From NCBI GenBank assembly GCA_031920365.1, contig JAVLEV010000002.1, forward strand, positions 1 to 45,277: a DNA stretch of 45,277 bases, written 5' to 3'. Within the stretch, counting starts at the first letter, position 1; each line of letters starts with the position of its first letter. Position numbers and translations under genes: made by a program. This stretch comes from Planktomarina sp. (GTDB lineage: Bacteria > Pseudomonadota > Alphaproteobacteria > Rhodobacterales > Rhodobacteraceae). The notes beneath the pieces were generated by a model. It saw only the letters and a list, made by a program, of their open reading frames with translations, was not told the origin of the DNA and did not search any database. This document shows positions 30,505 through 40,265 of this stretch, one piece after another.

Positions 30505-30977
30505 GCCGCTCTATCGATATAGCTCTGGGTGTAAATGGAGAACGCGTAACAGCCACCGTACCTTCACGTCTTAACCTCGTTGATTTTCTACGTAACGAAC
30601 TTTGCCTGACAGGCAGCCATGTAGGATGTGAACACGGCGTTTGCGGCGCCTGCACACTCACTGTGGATGGCGAAACTGTACGCGGCTGCTTAATGCTAGC
30701 AGCACAAGTGGACGGCAAAGAAGTTACAACGGTCGAAGGTCTTGCCGACAGCGGGAAAAGTACCAAACTGCAGGCTGCTTTTACTAAACGCAATGCCCTA
30801 CAATGTGGCTTTTGTACGCCCGGGATGTTGGCCAGTGCGCTTGGCTATATTAACGCAGGCGGAGACGCAAACCGCGACGCAATTAGAAAGCACATTTCAG
30901 GCAATTATTGCAGGTGTACGGGCTATCAATCTATCGTTGACGCAATCTGCGACGTGATCGAAGAGGCTCGCACATGA
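30501..30977 (+). CDS. Xanthine-oxidase-family 2x[2Fe-2S] subunit, CoxS-like
   Basis: GCEHGVCGAC, QCGFCTPG, GNYCRCTGY. Confidence 0.95.
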   Translation: MSRSIDIALGVNGERVTATVPSRLNLVDFLRNELCLTGSHVGCEHGVCGACTLTVDGETVRGCLMLAAQVDGKEVTTVEGLADSGKSTKLQAAFTKRNALQCGFCTPGMLASALGYINAGGDANRDAIRKHISGNYCRCTGYQSIVDAICDVIEEART

Positions 30978-33364
30978 CTGGTCCAGCAAATATTTTTGAT
31001 AAGCCAAACCGTTATATCGGTCAGCCTTCGCCACGTGCAGACGCGAGCCGGCTGCTTCAAGGTCGTGGGAAATTTGTGGATGATAAAACCCTTCCCCGCA
31101 TGGTTCACGCAGCCTTTCTACGCTCACCGCATGCACACGCAAAAATTCTGAGCATAGAGACAAGCTGCGCAACGGCTGCGCCTGGCATTATTGCAATCTA
31201 CACTGGAGATGATTTAGCAGCACATGTCACACCTTATGTTGGCGTACTAACCCACTTAGCAGGCCTGCGTTCCGTACCCCAGCATCCGCTAGCTGTTGGA
31301 GTTTGTCGATGGCAGGGAGAGCCCATTGTTATGGTAATAGCAACATCCCGTGCTTTAGCTGAAGATGCGTGCGAACTAATCGAAATTGATTATGAGGATA
31401 TGCCCGCAGCAGTTGATACCGAAAAAGCCCTAGATGCAGATGCGCCACTTATTCATCCAGAACTCGGCAACAACCTGTGTTGGGATCGTGAAGTGTTAGC
31501 AGGAGATGTAGATAAAGCGTTTTCTGCCAATGGTGTAGAGATTGTTGAACGCGAATTTCGTTTTGGGCGACACACCGGCGTTACGCTAGAAACACGCGGA
31601 ACGCTCTGCGACTACAACCCATCTGAGGATCAGCTCACTGTTTACTACTCAGGCCAAGCCCCACACATGATGCAGGTAATTTTTTCTAAACACCTCGGAT
31701 TGCCTGAAGAAAACGTTCGTGTTATTTCCAATGATGTCGGCGGATCTTTTGGAATTAAAATCCATACTTATGGCGATGAGATTGCGACCGCCGCTGCAGC
31801 CAAACTCCTAAAAAGGCCTGTTAAGTTTATCGCAGATAGATTTGAAAGTTTTGTGACAGACATCCATGCTCGTGATCATATTGTAAAGGCTCGCATGGGA
31901 GTAACCAAAGACGGAAAAATTGTCGGTATCGACTTTGATGATCTCACGGGAATTGGCCCATTTTCGATGTACCCTCGCACTTCAGCAATTGAATGTAATC
32001 AAGTTCTAAACCTTACTGGTGCACCATATGATATTGAGAACTACCGAGCTCGTGGCCGTGTAGTTTTTCAAAACAAGACACTAATGAGCCAGTATCGCGC
32101 AGTGGGTCACCCCATTGCAATGGCCGTAGCGGATGGGCTCCTAGAGGACGCTGCCCGAACTATTGGGATGGATCCGGTAGAAATACGCGACCGAAACCTC
32201 ATGCCAGATGATAGCTACCCAAGAATTTCTGCAACGGGTATGAAGCTTGACGATCTAAGCCATAAACGCGCCTTGCTCAAGCTCACCAAGATAATGAATT
32301 ATGAAAGTCTTAGAGAAGATCAGGCTACCGCCCGAAAGAAGGGAGTCTATCGTGGTATTGGCTTTGTCTCAATGATCGAAGTCACTAATCCAAGCCCAAT
32401 GTTCTATGGTATTGGTGGTGCACCAATCGCATCTCAAGATGGCGCAACAGTACGGCTAGATGCAGGTGGTGCATTGCATATTTCATCCTCGATCACAGAG
32501 CAAGGTCAAGGTACAAATGCTATTTTGGCCCAGATAGCAGCCGGGGTATTCGGTGTTGATTTAGACCGTGTAAAAGTAACGACGGGTGATACCGCCACTA
32601 CTCCTTACGGAGGGGGTACTTGGGCGTCACGCGGCGCTGGAATTGGTGGTGAGGCGATGCTATTAGCGGCCCAAGCACTTAAAGATCAAGTGCTAGATGT
32701 CGCCGCCGTTATATTGCAAACCAAGACTGAAAAACTAGATATCCAATATGGTTATATAACGGACCTTGATGGAACGGAACGGTTGCAGCTCGCGGACCTT
32801 GCCCGTACTGTCTACTACCGTGGAAACGAGTTACCTAACGACCTAAATCCAGAGCTGATCGCAACAAGACATTACCGCGTAACAGATTTTCCTTTTGTTT
32901 TCACCAATGGTGCTATGGCCGCTCAAGTCGAAGTCGATATTGAGACTGGTTTTATTAAAGTCCTGCATTACTGGGCAGTCGAGGATTGTGGAAGGGTGAT
33001 CAATCCACTGCTGGTTGATGAACAAATCAGGGGTGGTGTTGTACAAGGCATAGGTGGCGCACTTTACGAGGAATGTCACTATTCCCCCGATGGACAGATG
33101 CTAAACGCAACCATGGCCGACTACATGGTACCGATGGCAAGCGAAATGCCAGACATCACAATTTCCCATATAGAGACCCCAACAAAGACATCCGTACTTG
33201 GGGCCAAGGGGGCCGGTGAAGCCGGTACAGGTGGTGCTCCAGCTGCGATCCTGAACGCCGTCAATGATGCACTTTCTCCTTTAGGGGCAACTATTTGGCA
33301 GATGCCAATGACCCCTGAGCGGATTTTAGCCGTAATTGACAAAGCAGTTAGCCGACACGAATAA
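30974..33364 (+). CDS. Xanthine-oxidase-family molybdopterin large subunit (CoxL-like, not CO dehydrogenase)
   Basis: RSPHAHA, QAPH, GGSFG.K, active-site loop QYRAVGHP, GQG, WASR, KGAGE. Confidence 0.93.
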   Translation: MTGPANIFDKPNRYIGQPSPRADASRLLQGRGKFVDDKTLPRMVHAAFLRSPHAHAKILSIETSCATAAPGIIAIYTGDDLAAHVTPYVGVLTHLAGLRSVPQHPLAVGVCRWQGEPIVMVIATSRALAEDACELIEIDYEDMPAAVDTEKALDADAPLIHPELGNNLCWDREVLAGDVDKAFSANGVEIVEREFRFGRHTGVTLETRGTLCDYNPSEDQLTVYYSGQAPHMMQVIFSKHLGLPEENVRVISNDVGGSFGIKIHTYGDEIATAAAAKLLKRPVKFIADRFESFVTDIHARDHIVKARMGVTKDGKIVGIDFDDLTGIGPFSMYPRTSAIECNQVLNLTGAPYDIENYRARGRVVFQNKTLMSQYRAVGHPIAMAVADGLLEDAARTIGMDPVEIRDRNLMPDDSYPRISATGMKLDDLSHKRALLKLTKIMNYESLREDQATARKKGVYRGIGFVSMIEVTNPSPMFYGIGGAPIASQDGATVRLDAGGALHISSSITEQGQGTNAILAQIAAGVFGVDLDRVKVTTGDTATTPYGGGTWASRGAGIGGEAMLLAAQALKDQVLDVAAVILQTKTEKLDIQYGYITDLDGTERLQLADLARTVYYRGNELPNDLNPELIATRHYRVTDFPFVFTNGAMAAQVEVDIETGFIKVLHYWAVEDCGRVINPLLVDEQIRGGVVQGIGGALYEECHYSPDGQMLNATMADYMVPMASEMPDITISHIETPTKTSVLGAKGAGEAGTGGAPAAILNAVNDALSPLGATIWQMPMTPERILAVIDKAVSRHE

Positions 33365-33378
33365 AGTAAAAATAATGT

Positions 33379-33725
33379 GGCCACGGCGCCAAAGCTACGT
33401 GTTTAAAAATGATAGGCCAACACTGAAATCTGTTTTTGTGGGTCTCTAGCGATGCCGGTTATTCCCACATTTTGTGATATCACAACTACGGTTTCAGTAC
33501 TTTGAAAGTACTGAAACCGTAGTAGATGTAATCTTAGCGGAGGTTTACACAAAAAGTGTACCCTAGACATTGTGGTAGCCAATGGCAGCCGCCCGCATTG
33601 GTGTTATTTTTCTTGCAGCCCTTGTTTTAGACATGCCGATACTGCGTATCTCGCAATTTCTTTGGTTAATGTAGTTCAATGTTGGAATAAGATTTTCATA
33701 TTGCAAGCTGTTAAAAACAAAAATT
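33379..33725 (+). pseudogene. Degraded short-chain dehydrogenase (SDR) relic
   Basis: Collinear fragments across frames: HGAKATCL / DRPTLKSV / VIPTFCDITTTVSV / DVILAEVYT / LDIVVANG / LVNV; multiple frameshifts and stops. Confidence 0.45.
33485..33523. repeat. 39-bp palindrome (19-bp perfect arms, 1-nt centre)
   Basis: ACTACGGTTTCAGTACTTT-G-AAAGTACTGAAACCGTAGT; abuts palindrome TTGTGATATCACAA (33472-33485). Confidence 0.95.
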
Positions 33726-34151
33726 AAAGCTTCCTATTCAATCGGATAAAATGCAATTGGCCTCACCTGATTTGATTAAACTGTGCTTTTGCCCTAAACA
33801 TTTTTTTTTGGTGGATGAAGGTCCAATCCAGATATTCCCAGTACCATTTCGGCTTGTATCAAAGGTTTATGCCAGGATATTAATATGGTTATTTTTTATA
33901 AAAAATATCTTAAAAATACTGATTGTCTTTAGTATCGGGCTTGTAACCAAAGACCGCTAATAGAGTACAGCAACGTTATTTTCATTTATGATATTGGGCA
34001 TGCTAGCTGACAAGTATATTAACCAAAGCAAATAAAAATAATCTTTTTATTTATTATCAATAATTTTTAGGATTTACCTCATTATTATAGGATTCAAAAC
34101 TAGTCTAAATATTACTTGCTGTGTTACGCTGCTCATCTTCCGTCACAAATG

Positions 34152-34183
34152 AAAAGGGCGCACCTTATTATGGTACGCCCTTT
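34152..34183 (-). terminator. Intrinsic terminator of dctP
   Basis: Minus strand AAAGGGCGTACC-ATAATAA-GGTGCGCCCTTTT, 15 nt after the stop. Confidence 0.8.
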
Positions 34184-34198
34184 AATATTCAATTAAGA

Positions 34199-35266
34199 TC
34201 AGTCAACCAAGTAAGTCACTGGCCAATCATACCCAGCGGCTGGGACGGCAGATAAATAAGCCTTCATGACTTCGCTACCTGGCATGCCACGGCTATCAGC
34301 TTCTGTAGCCTGCTGCTGTGGAAAACCAGTAAGAGATTCCGCCCAATCAGCCCGTACTGCGGCAGATAATGACTGAACATTTGTGCCCGCTGCTGCAAGG
34401 CCATCAAGCCCACGTTTCTGTGCTGCGTTCAATGATCCACCCGACTGGTTTTCATAGGCTTGCCCGACTTCTCGAATGATCCGCTGGACGTCCTCAGGCA
34501 AACTAGCCATCGTGCGGCTATTCGCTGTAAGCGCATTTACCGGCATCGCACCAAATCCGACCAAAGTATAATTCGGCGCAGGTTCATGGAACTTAAACCC
34601 TAGATATGCTGATGGGAACATCAGCCAGCCGTTGTAGACGCCAGTTTGCAATGAAAGATATCCGTCCGGCAAAGTTGACTGGACAGGGATAGCGCCCGCA
34701 AATTCAAGCCAAGGAAGATTCGGACCTGCGCCGCCAACCTTTACGCCCTTCAAGTCTGCGATAGTATCCCAAGGATCAGTAGAACCTAAATGGTAGTTAT
34801 CCCACCCATGCAAACCAAGAAGCTCTTGGTCATATTCACTCTTAAACTGTTCTGTCAGCCAAGGAACATCATTATAGACGGATCGAACAGCGACCATAGC
34901 TTGGCTCGAATCCTGTGCGCCAAATGGCGCATAGTACGGGAAGTTGTGTAAAAACAGCTTTGCTGGTTCAAAACAGATACAGTAAGCACCAATATCCAAT
35001 ATACCGTTTTGCACAGCTTCAAGCGTCTCAGAAACACCTGCCATCGCACCGCCATAACCCTCGACAAACTCAATGTCATGCTCTGTCTCCGCAGCTACAC
35101 GACGCACAACTTCTGGTACAAAAAACTTTGCAGTATCAGTTACATATACCGCTGGTCCATTAGGATGACCGGACCCAATCCGCAGTGTAAATGTATCTGC
35201 AGACACGGGTGCCGCAAGCGCTGTTATAGCGAAAGCCCCTAAACCAAAAATAATTCTACTCTTCAT
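34199..35266 (-). CDS. dctP: TRAP transporter substrate-binding protein
   Basis: Signal peptide, LEAVQNGILDIG, DLKG.K, YLSLQTGV; ATG at 35266 with GGAGG RBS. Confidence 0.9.
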   Translation of the reverse strand: MKSRIIFGLGAFAITALAAPVSADTFTLRIGSGHPNGPAVYVTDTAKFFVPEVVRRVAAETEHDIEFVEGYGGAMAGVSETLEAVQNGILDIGAYCICFEPAKLFLHNFPYYAPFGAQDSSQAMVAVRSVYNDVPWLTEQFKSEYDQELLGLHGWDNYHLGSTDPWDTIADLKGVKVGGAGPNLPWLEFAGAIPVQSTLPDGYLSLQTGVYNGWLMFPSAYLGFKFHEPAPNYTLVGFGAMPVNALTANSRTMASLPEDVQRIIREVGQAYENQSGGSLNAAQKRGLDGLAAAGTNVQSLSAAVRADWAESLTGFPQQQATEADSRGMPGSEVMKAYLSAVPAAGYDWPVTYLVD

Positions 35267-35413
35267 ATTTTTTCCTCCCAAACGCGCGGCTTTTGCCGCA
35301 ATACTCAGCACTGTTCACCGATTAATTCAGCTTACATTTCAGTCACCGATTAGGGTGATCACTGCACATCACGAGGCAACGGTCAAGAAACTCTATCGCT
35401 TAAAGCAAATTAA

Positions 35414-35429
35414 TTTATCGTTCGCTAAA
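35414..35429. promoter_or_regulatory. Candidate TetR operator in the divergent dctP/dctQM promoter
   Basis: TTTATCGTTCGCTAAA, resembles 26504-26517. Confidence 0.45.
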
Positions 35430-35498
35430 TAAGACCTTGATCCTTTTGATGTATCGTTTAGCGTTCAGGAGCTAAGGATTTTTCGTTGGGAGGGCAAA

Positions 35499-36020
35499 AT
35501 GAGAACACAAATCGGCGGGGCGCGCCTGTTACATATTTTTTCAGCATTTTGGACGCTCTCATTGGCAATCCTAATCTTTGGTGATGTCTTTGGAAGAATT
35601 TTTTTATCAATGCCGATTCCTGGAACCAAAGAAATTCTTCAAAATTCTGTTGTTACCATTACGTTCCTGCAAATTCCCCTTGCCATCTATTCAGGCTCAA
35701 TGCTGCGTACCACGATCTTATCTGATGCCGTCCCCCTGCCGATGCGACGACTGCTGCGAACCTTTGCATCCGTTCTAGGTCTTTTGCTATTTTTAGCGTT
35801 GATCTGGGGCACCTTCCCTTCGTTTTGGGATGCATACCGCATTGGAGAGTACGAAGGTGAAGGCTCTCTTCGTGTCCCTACCTGGCCCGTACGCGGAGCA
35901 ATTGCCACAATGTCCGCATTTGCCGCGTTTGCTTACAGTTATATGATCTGGCTGGACTGGACTGGGCAGCTTGTAGATGAAAACGAGGCGCCCGGTGCGC
36001 TCGCACGACTAGAAGAATAG
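35499..36020 (+). CDS. dctQ: TRAP small permease
   Basis: 4 TM segments, DVFGR..PIPGT.E, P.WP motif. Confidence 0.9.
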   Translation: MRTQIGGARLLHIFSAFWTLSLAILIFGDVFGRIFLSMPIPGTKEILQNSVVTITFLQIPLAIYSGSMLRTTILSDAVPLPMRRLLRTFASVLGLLLFLALIWGTFPSFWDAYRIGEYEGEGSLRVPTWPVRGAIATMSAFAAFAYSYMIWLDWTGQLVDENEAPGALARLEE

Positions 36021-36031
36021 GAGCACGAGTT

Positions 36032-37351
36032 ATGGGTGGTGATATTGTACTAATAATGTTGGGTGTGTTGATTTTGTTGATCCTACTTGGTGTACATATC
36101 GGCGTTGCTCTAGCTTTGTGTTCAGGGGTCGGTGTTTACATAATGTTCCGTGGCAATACTGAGGCAGCTTTGGCGATTATGTCCAACACAGCCTATGAAG
36201 CGGTCAGAAAAGACGTGTTTGCGGTAATCCCACTCTTTGTTTTGATGGGCGATTTCATCTGGCGAAGTGGTGCCGCAGGTGATTTATACCGCATTTGTGA
36301 CCGCTCTCTGCGCCGTTTACCCGGCCGTTTGGCAATCGCGACGATTGCCGGGAACACAGTGTTCGCTGCTGTTACTGGTGTTTCAATTGCGTCGGCCGCT
36401 GCATTTAGCCGGATAGCTTATCCAGAGATGATGAAGCTCGGGTACAAGCAGACCTTCGCGCTTGGTGCAGTTGCTGGTTCTGCCTGCTTAGGAATGCTTA
36501 TTCCACCTTCTGTACTGCTAATAGTGTGGGCTATTCTAACTGAAATGTCTGTCGGTGCGCTGTTCATCGCTGGCATTATACCAGGCATAGTTTTAGCTCT
36601 ACTCTTTTCAGCCTATGTCGTCATTGCCTCCATTATGACCCCTGAGATCGCACCAGCTTATGATAAGCCTTTGGTGGAACCAACCGCTTCGGAAAAGCGC
36701 TCTGAGCTTATAGGTGGACTAGGTATCCTAGCGCTTATTATGGTTGTTATTGGGGGCATTTGGCTGGGGTGGTTCACACCGACCGAAGCCGCAGGTTTCG
36801 GTGTTATATGTGCGCTGGTAATAGGCATAATCAAGGGTATGAGGTTAAACGATATTCTGGAAAGTATGTATCAGGCTGGTAGGACTACAGCCCCTATAAT
36901 GTTTCTGCTCATTACAGCCCAAATGTATTCAAGGCTTCTGGCATTGGGTGGTGGCGTAAATTATATTCAAGGCCTTTTCATAGAAAGCCAACTCTCACCG
37001 TTCATGGTAATTATGCTAATGGCATGTATTTGGCTAATTTTAGGAATGCTAATCGACAGTATTTCGATTATTTTACTAACTGTTCCGATCTTTGCACCGC
37101 TTGCTGTAGCGATGGGCTATGATCCAATATCGTTCGCAATCTTTGGCATCTTGATTATAGAAGCTGGACTTCTATCCCCCCCCTTTGGACTGCTGGTCTA
37201 TACTGTGCGAGGGTCAGTCCCTGATCCAACTGCCACGCTCAAGAAAATCTTCATTGGATCATCTCCTTACTTTGTGCTCATCCTAGTCGCAGCGTTCCTT
37301 GTCTTAACCTTCCCTATTCTTGCGACGCTACTACCAAGCGCTATTATGTGA
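36032..37351 (+). CDS. dctM: TRAP large permease
   Basis: IPLFVLMG, FAAVTGVS, LGMLIPPS, FTPTEAA, SPPFG. Confidence 0.95.
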   Translation: MGGDIVLIMLGVLILLILLGVHIGVALALCSGVGVYIMFRGNTEAALAIMSNTAYEAVRKDVFAVIPLFVLMGDFIWRSGAAGDLYRICDRSLRRLPGRLAIATIAGNTVFAAVTGVSIASAAAFSRIAYPEMMKLGYKQTFALGAVAGSACLGMLIPPSVLLIVWAILTEMSVGALFIAGIIPGIVLALLFSAYVVIASIMTPEIAPAYDKPLVEPTASEKRSELIGGLGILALIMVVIGGIWLGWFTPTEAAGFGVICALVIGIIKGMRLNDILESMYQAGRTTAPIMFLLITAQMYSRLLALGGGVNYIQGLFIESQLSPFMVIMLMACIWLILGMLIDSISIILLTVPIFAPLAVAMGYDPISFAIFGILIIEAGLLSPPFGLLVYTVRGSVPDPTATLKKIFIGSSPYFVLILVAAFLVLTFPILATLLPSAIM

Positions 37352-37435
37352 TTCCTTAATAGTGAGATAATATTTTCATAATTTTGCCTGGCGTGCTGCA
37401 TGGGCTAAATAGTAAGCAGCTCTTTGGAGGATGAG

Positions 37436-38539
37436 ATGGACTTAGGATTTTTTACAATGCCTATTCACCCAGTGGGTAAGGATTGGCGGACCTCGTTGCA
37501 CGAGGATCGTGCCGCGTTTTTGTTGGCTGATGAGCTGGGATTTACAGAAGCATACGTCGGTGAACACACAACAGATGCAGCCGAAAATATTACACATTGC
37601 ATTAGTTTTATTGCCTGGATTGCTGCAGCAACGAAACAAATTAAGCTAGGGACGGGGACCGTAAATATACCTAACAACCATCCGGTCGCAGTCGCTGGAC
37701 AAGTTGCAATGCTGGACCACATGCTAGACGGCCGTTTTATTTTCGGCATTTCACCAGGTGGCCTCGCCACCGATGCTGAAGCATTTGGTAGTTTGAATGC
37801 TGATCGCCCGGCAATGTTCCTTGAGGGAATTAATCATATTTTGAAGATTTGGGAGAGTGAAGCACCCTATAACATCAAAGGTAAATTCTGGAATATCACT
37901 ACCGAAACACAGATGGAATTATCAATTGGACAAGGCATGATGACCAAGCCACTTCAACGTCCGCATCCGCCAATAGTGGTGACTGCGGTAGCCCCCTTCT
38001 CCAAAGGTGTAACAGAGGCTGCAGCCCGCGGCTGGGATCCAATTTCGGCAAACTTTCTGCTAAGTAAATGGGTCAAATCACATTGGCCAAAATATGTTGA
38101 AGGGTGCGAACGTGCAGGGCGCCCTGCCGATCCTGCTAATTGGCGAGTGGCGAAGTCAGTCTTTGTTGCCAACGATATGGCCACAGCGAAAGAATATGCT
38201 TTAGGATCAAAAAGCCCTTACCGCCACTACTATTCACAACTTTTAACTAAAATGAAAAAACATGGCCGTGCAAACCTCTTCAAAGCTGACCAGAATATGT
38301 CAGATGATGAAATTACGCTTGATGGCGTCTTAGAGGATTGTGTTATTTACGGAACACCCGACAAAGTAGCAGACGATGTACTCGCACTACGAGATAATGT
38401 GGGTGATTTTGGTACATTACTTTATGCAGGGAAAGACTGGGTTGATGTTGAACTAGGCCGCAATTCAATGATTTTACTGGCAGAGAAAACAATGCCAGAA
38501 ATCAATGCTGCCATTAGCTCTACAAAAGCAGTCCAATGA
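37436..38539 (+). CDS. Luciferase-like (LLM) flavin monooxygenase, type II Baeyer-Villiger-like
   Basis: GFF, ADELGF...VGEHTT..ENI, HPVAVA, LDH..GR..GISPGGLATDA; ATG after GGAGG. Confidence 0.88.
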   Translation: MDLGFFTMPIHPVGKDWRTSLHEDRAAFLLADELGFTEAYVGEHTTDAAENITHCISFIAWIAAATKQIKLGTGTVNIPNNHPVAVAGQVAMLDHMLDGRFIFGISPGGLATDAEAFGSLNADRPAMFLEGINHILKIWESEAPYNIKGKFWNITTETQMELSIGQGMMTKPLQRPHPPIVVTAVAPFSKGVTEAAARGWDPISANFLLSKWVKSHWPKYVEGCERAGRPADPANWRVAKSVFVANDMATAKEYALGSKSPYRHYYSQLLTKMKKHGRANLFKADQNMSDDEITLDGVLEDCVIYGTPDKVADDVLALRDNVGDFGTLLYAGKDWVDVELGRNSMILLAEKTMPEINAAISSTKAVQ

Positions 38540-39333
38540 CATCTCGTGTTTCAATAATGCTTGGCGAAGGGTCCATTTCAGCGCTGGTATCAGGCCGTGA
38601 GGATGGTCCTACCATCCTACTATCCAATTCACTTGGCACCGGTTTGGACATGTGGGCACCTCAGCGTGAATTACTGGGAGAGCATTACCGGGTAATTGGC
38701 TATGACACTCGCGGTCATGGCCAATCGAGCTCACCCTCCGGGGACTATACTTTTGACGATCTGACCGCTGACGCTATTGCTGTCCTGGACCATTTTGGAG
38801 TTGAAACAGCGGATTATATGGGCCTATCATTAGGTGGTATGACCGGCCTTGGTCTCGGTCTTGATCATGGGGAAAGATTTAACAAGATAGTGTGTGCCTG
38901 CGCTCGAGCAGATGCACCAACGCCCTTTAGAACGAGTTGGGACGACCGCATAGCCACGATAGCTGATGGTGGAATGCCGGCAATATGGCTTGGAACTGTT
39001 GAGCGCTGGCTCACACGACATTTTATTAATAATAATCCAGAAACTGTAGATATGTTAGCAAAAGAATTCTTGCAGACTAGTGTTGCTGGCTACGCAGGAT
39101 GTGCCCGAGCCCTACAATCATTAGATTTCAAACATCGATTAACTGAAATGACAGTGCCTGTTCTTTATATTTCGGGAGCAGACGACATCGGTGCCGCATC
39201 TTCCGTAATGCAAGAAATGTCGTTTACTACCCCTAATTCACTTTACAAAGATATTCCAGATTGCGCCCATATCGCTAACATTAATCAACCCATAGCTTTC
39301 AACCATATCATACAAAAATTTTTGGAGTTATGA
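38536..39333 (+). CDS. Alpha/beta hydrolase, PcaD (enol-lactonase)-like
   Basis: LSNSLGT...W, YDTRGHG.S, GLSLGG nucleophile elbow, AHIAN. Confidence 0.88.
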   Translation: MTSRVSIMLGEGSISALVSGREDGPTILLSNSLGTGLDMWAPQRELLGEHYRVIGYDTRGHGQSSSPSGDYTFDDLTADAIAVLDHFGVETADYMGLSLGGMTGLGLGLDHGERFNKIVCACARADAPTPFRTSWDDRIATIADGGMPAIWLGTVERWLTRHFINNNPETVDMLAKEFLQTSVAGYAGCARALQSLDFKHRLTEMTVPVLYISGADDIGAASSVMQEMSFTTPNSLYKDIPDCAHIANINQPIAFNHIIQKFLEL

Positions 39334-40214
39334 TGCGACTTACTGATCGTTTGCCATACCAAGCTATTGTTGATCGGCCACAGTTGACACTTCCAGAAGG
39401 TAAACGCCTTGCGGTGTGGGTTATCTTGAATGTTGAAGAGTGGGGTATTGAACAAGCAATGCCACGTACGGTACTCCCACCACCCATGGGGCAGCCACTT
39501 CTTCCAGATGTTCCTAATTGGTCATGGCATGAATATGGAATGCGTTCCGGGTTTTGGCGACAGCATAAAGCGCTCACCTCGCGAGGTATTCCTACAACGA
39601 TGGCCATCAATGGTAACGTCTGTAATAGTTACCCGCGTGTAGCTCGTGCCGGCCTTGATGCAGGTTGGGAGTTTATGGGCCACGGATACCTTCAAGGGCC
39701 AATGCATAAACTTGAGGACCAACGTGGCGCCATTCATATGGCAATGGACACGATAGAAAGGTTTACTGGCAAGCGACCCACATCATGGGAAAGCCCCGGC
39801 CTCACTGAGACACCCGAAACGCTAGACCTCCTGCGTGAAGCAGGTATTAAATACCTAGCTGACTGGGTATTAGACGATCTTCCACAAGAAATAGAGACGC
39901 CGTTCGGTCAAATCACAACAATCCCCTACACCGTTGAGATGAACGATATCACTGTTTATGCTCTGCAGCAGCATCGTTCTGACGAATTCCTTCGCCGCGG
40001 CCGAGATCAGTTCGATAGGCTCTACGCTGAAAGTAAAGATAATGCCCGGGTCATGGCAATTTCAATCCACCCATATGTAACTGGCGTACCACATCGTATC
40101 CGCTACCTTGAGGAACTTCTGGACTATGTTGCCACCCATGATGGGGTCGCCTGGATGACGGCAAGTGAAATTGGCGATTGGTATACGAAAGAAATAAGAA
40201 TGGATACGGCTTGA
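39330..40214 (+). CDS. CE4/polysaccharide-deacetylase fold, PuuE-like amidohydrolase
   Basis: LPEGKRLAV..NVE, HEYG.R.G.WR, MGHG, D.P, IPY..E.ND, IHP..G.P.R. Confidence 0.88.
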   Translation: MMRLTDRLPYQAIVDRPQLTLPEGKRLAVWVILNVEEWGIEQAMPRTVLPPPMGQPLLPDVPNWSWHEYGMRSGFWRQHKALTSRGIPTTMAINGNVCNSYPRVARAGLDAGWEFMGHGYLQGPMHKLEDQRGAIHMAMDTIERFTGKRPTSWESPGLTETPETLDLLREAGIKYLADWVLDDLPQEIETPFGQITTIPYTVEMNDITVYALQQHRSDEFLRRGRDQFDRLYAESKDNARVMAISIHPYVTGVPHRIRYLEELLDYVATHDGVAWMTASEIGDWYTKEIRMDTA

Positions 40215-40265
40215 TCCTCTCAATCTATTGCGATTTACAGATTAATAAGTACCAATAAGGTTTAC

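Noticed and set aside
29680-33364. Aerobic CO dehydrogenase (coxMSL)
   Set aside because: Lacks the Cu-binding AYxCSFR loop, and no coxDEF genes are present.
33751-33960. 69-aa ORF in the intergenic gap
   Set aside because: AT-rich, no recognisable motif or RBS; probably spurious.
39330-40214. True polysaccharide deacetylase or bona fide puuE
   Set aside because: No signal peptide or glycan genes, and no urate-pathway neighbours; only PuuE-like.
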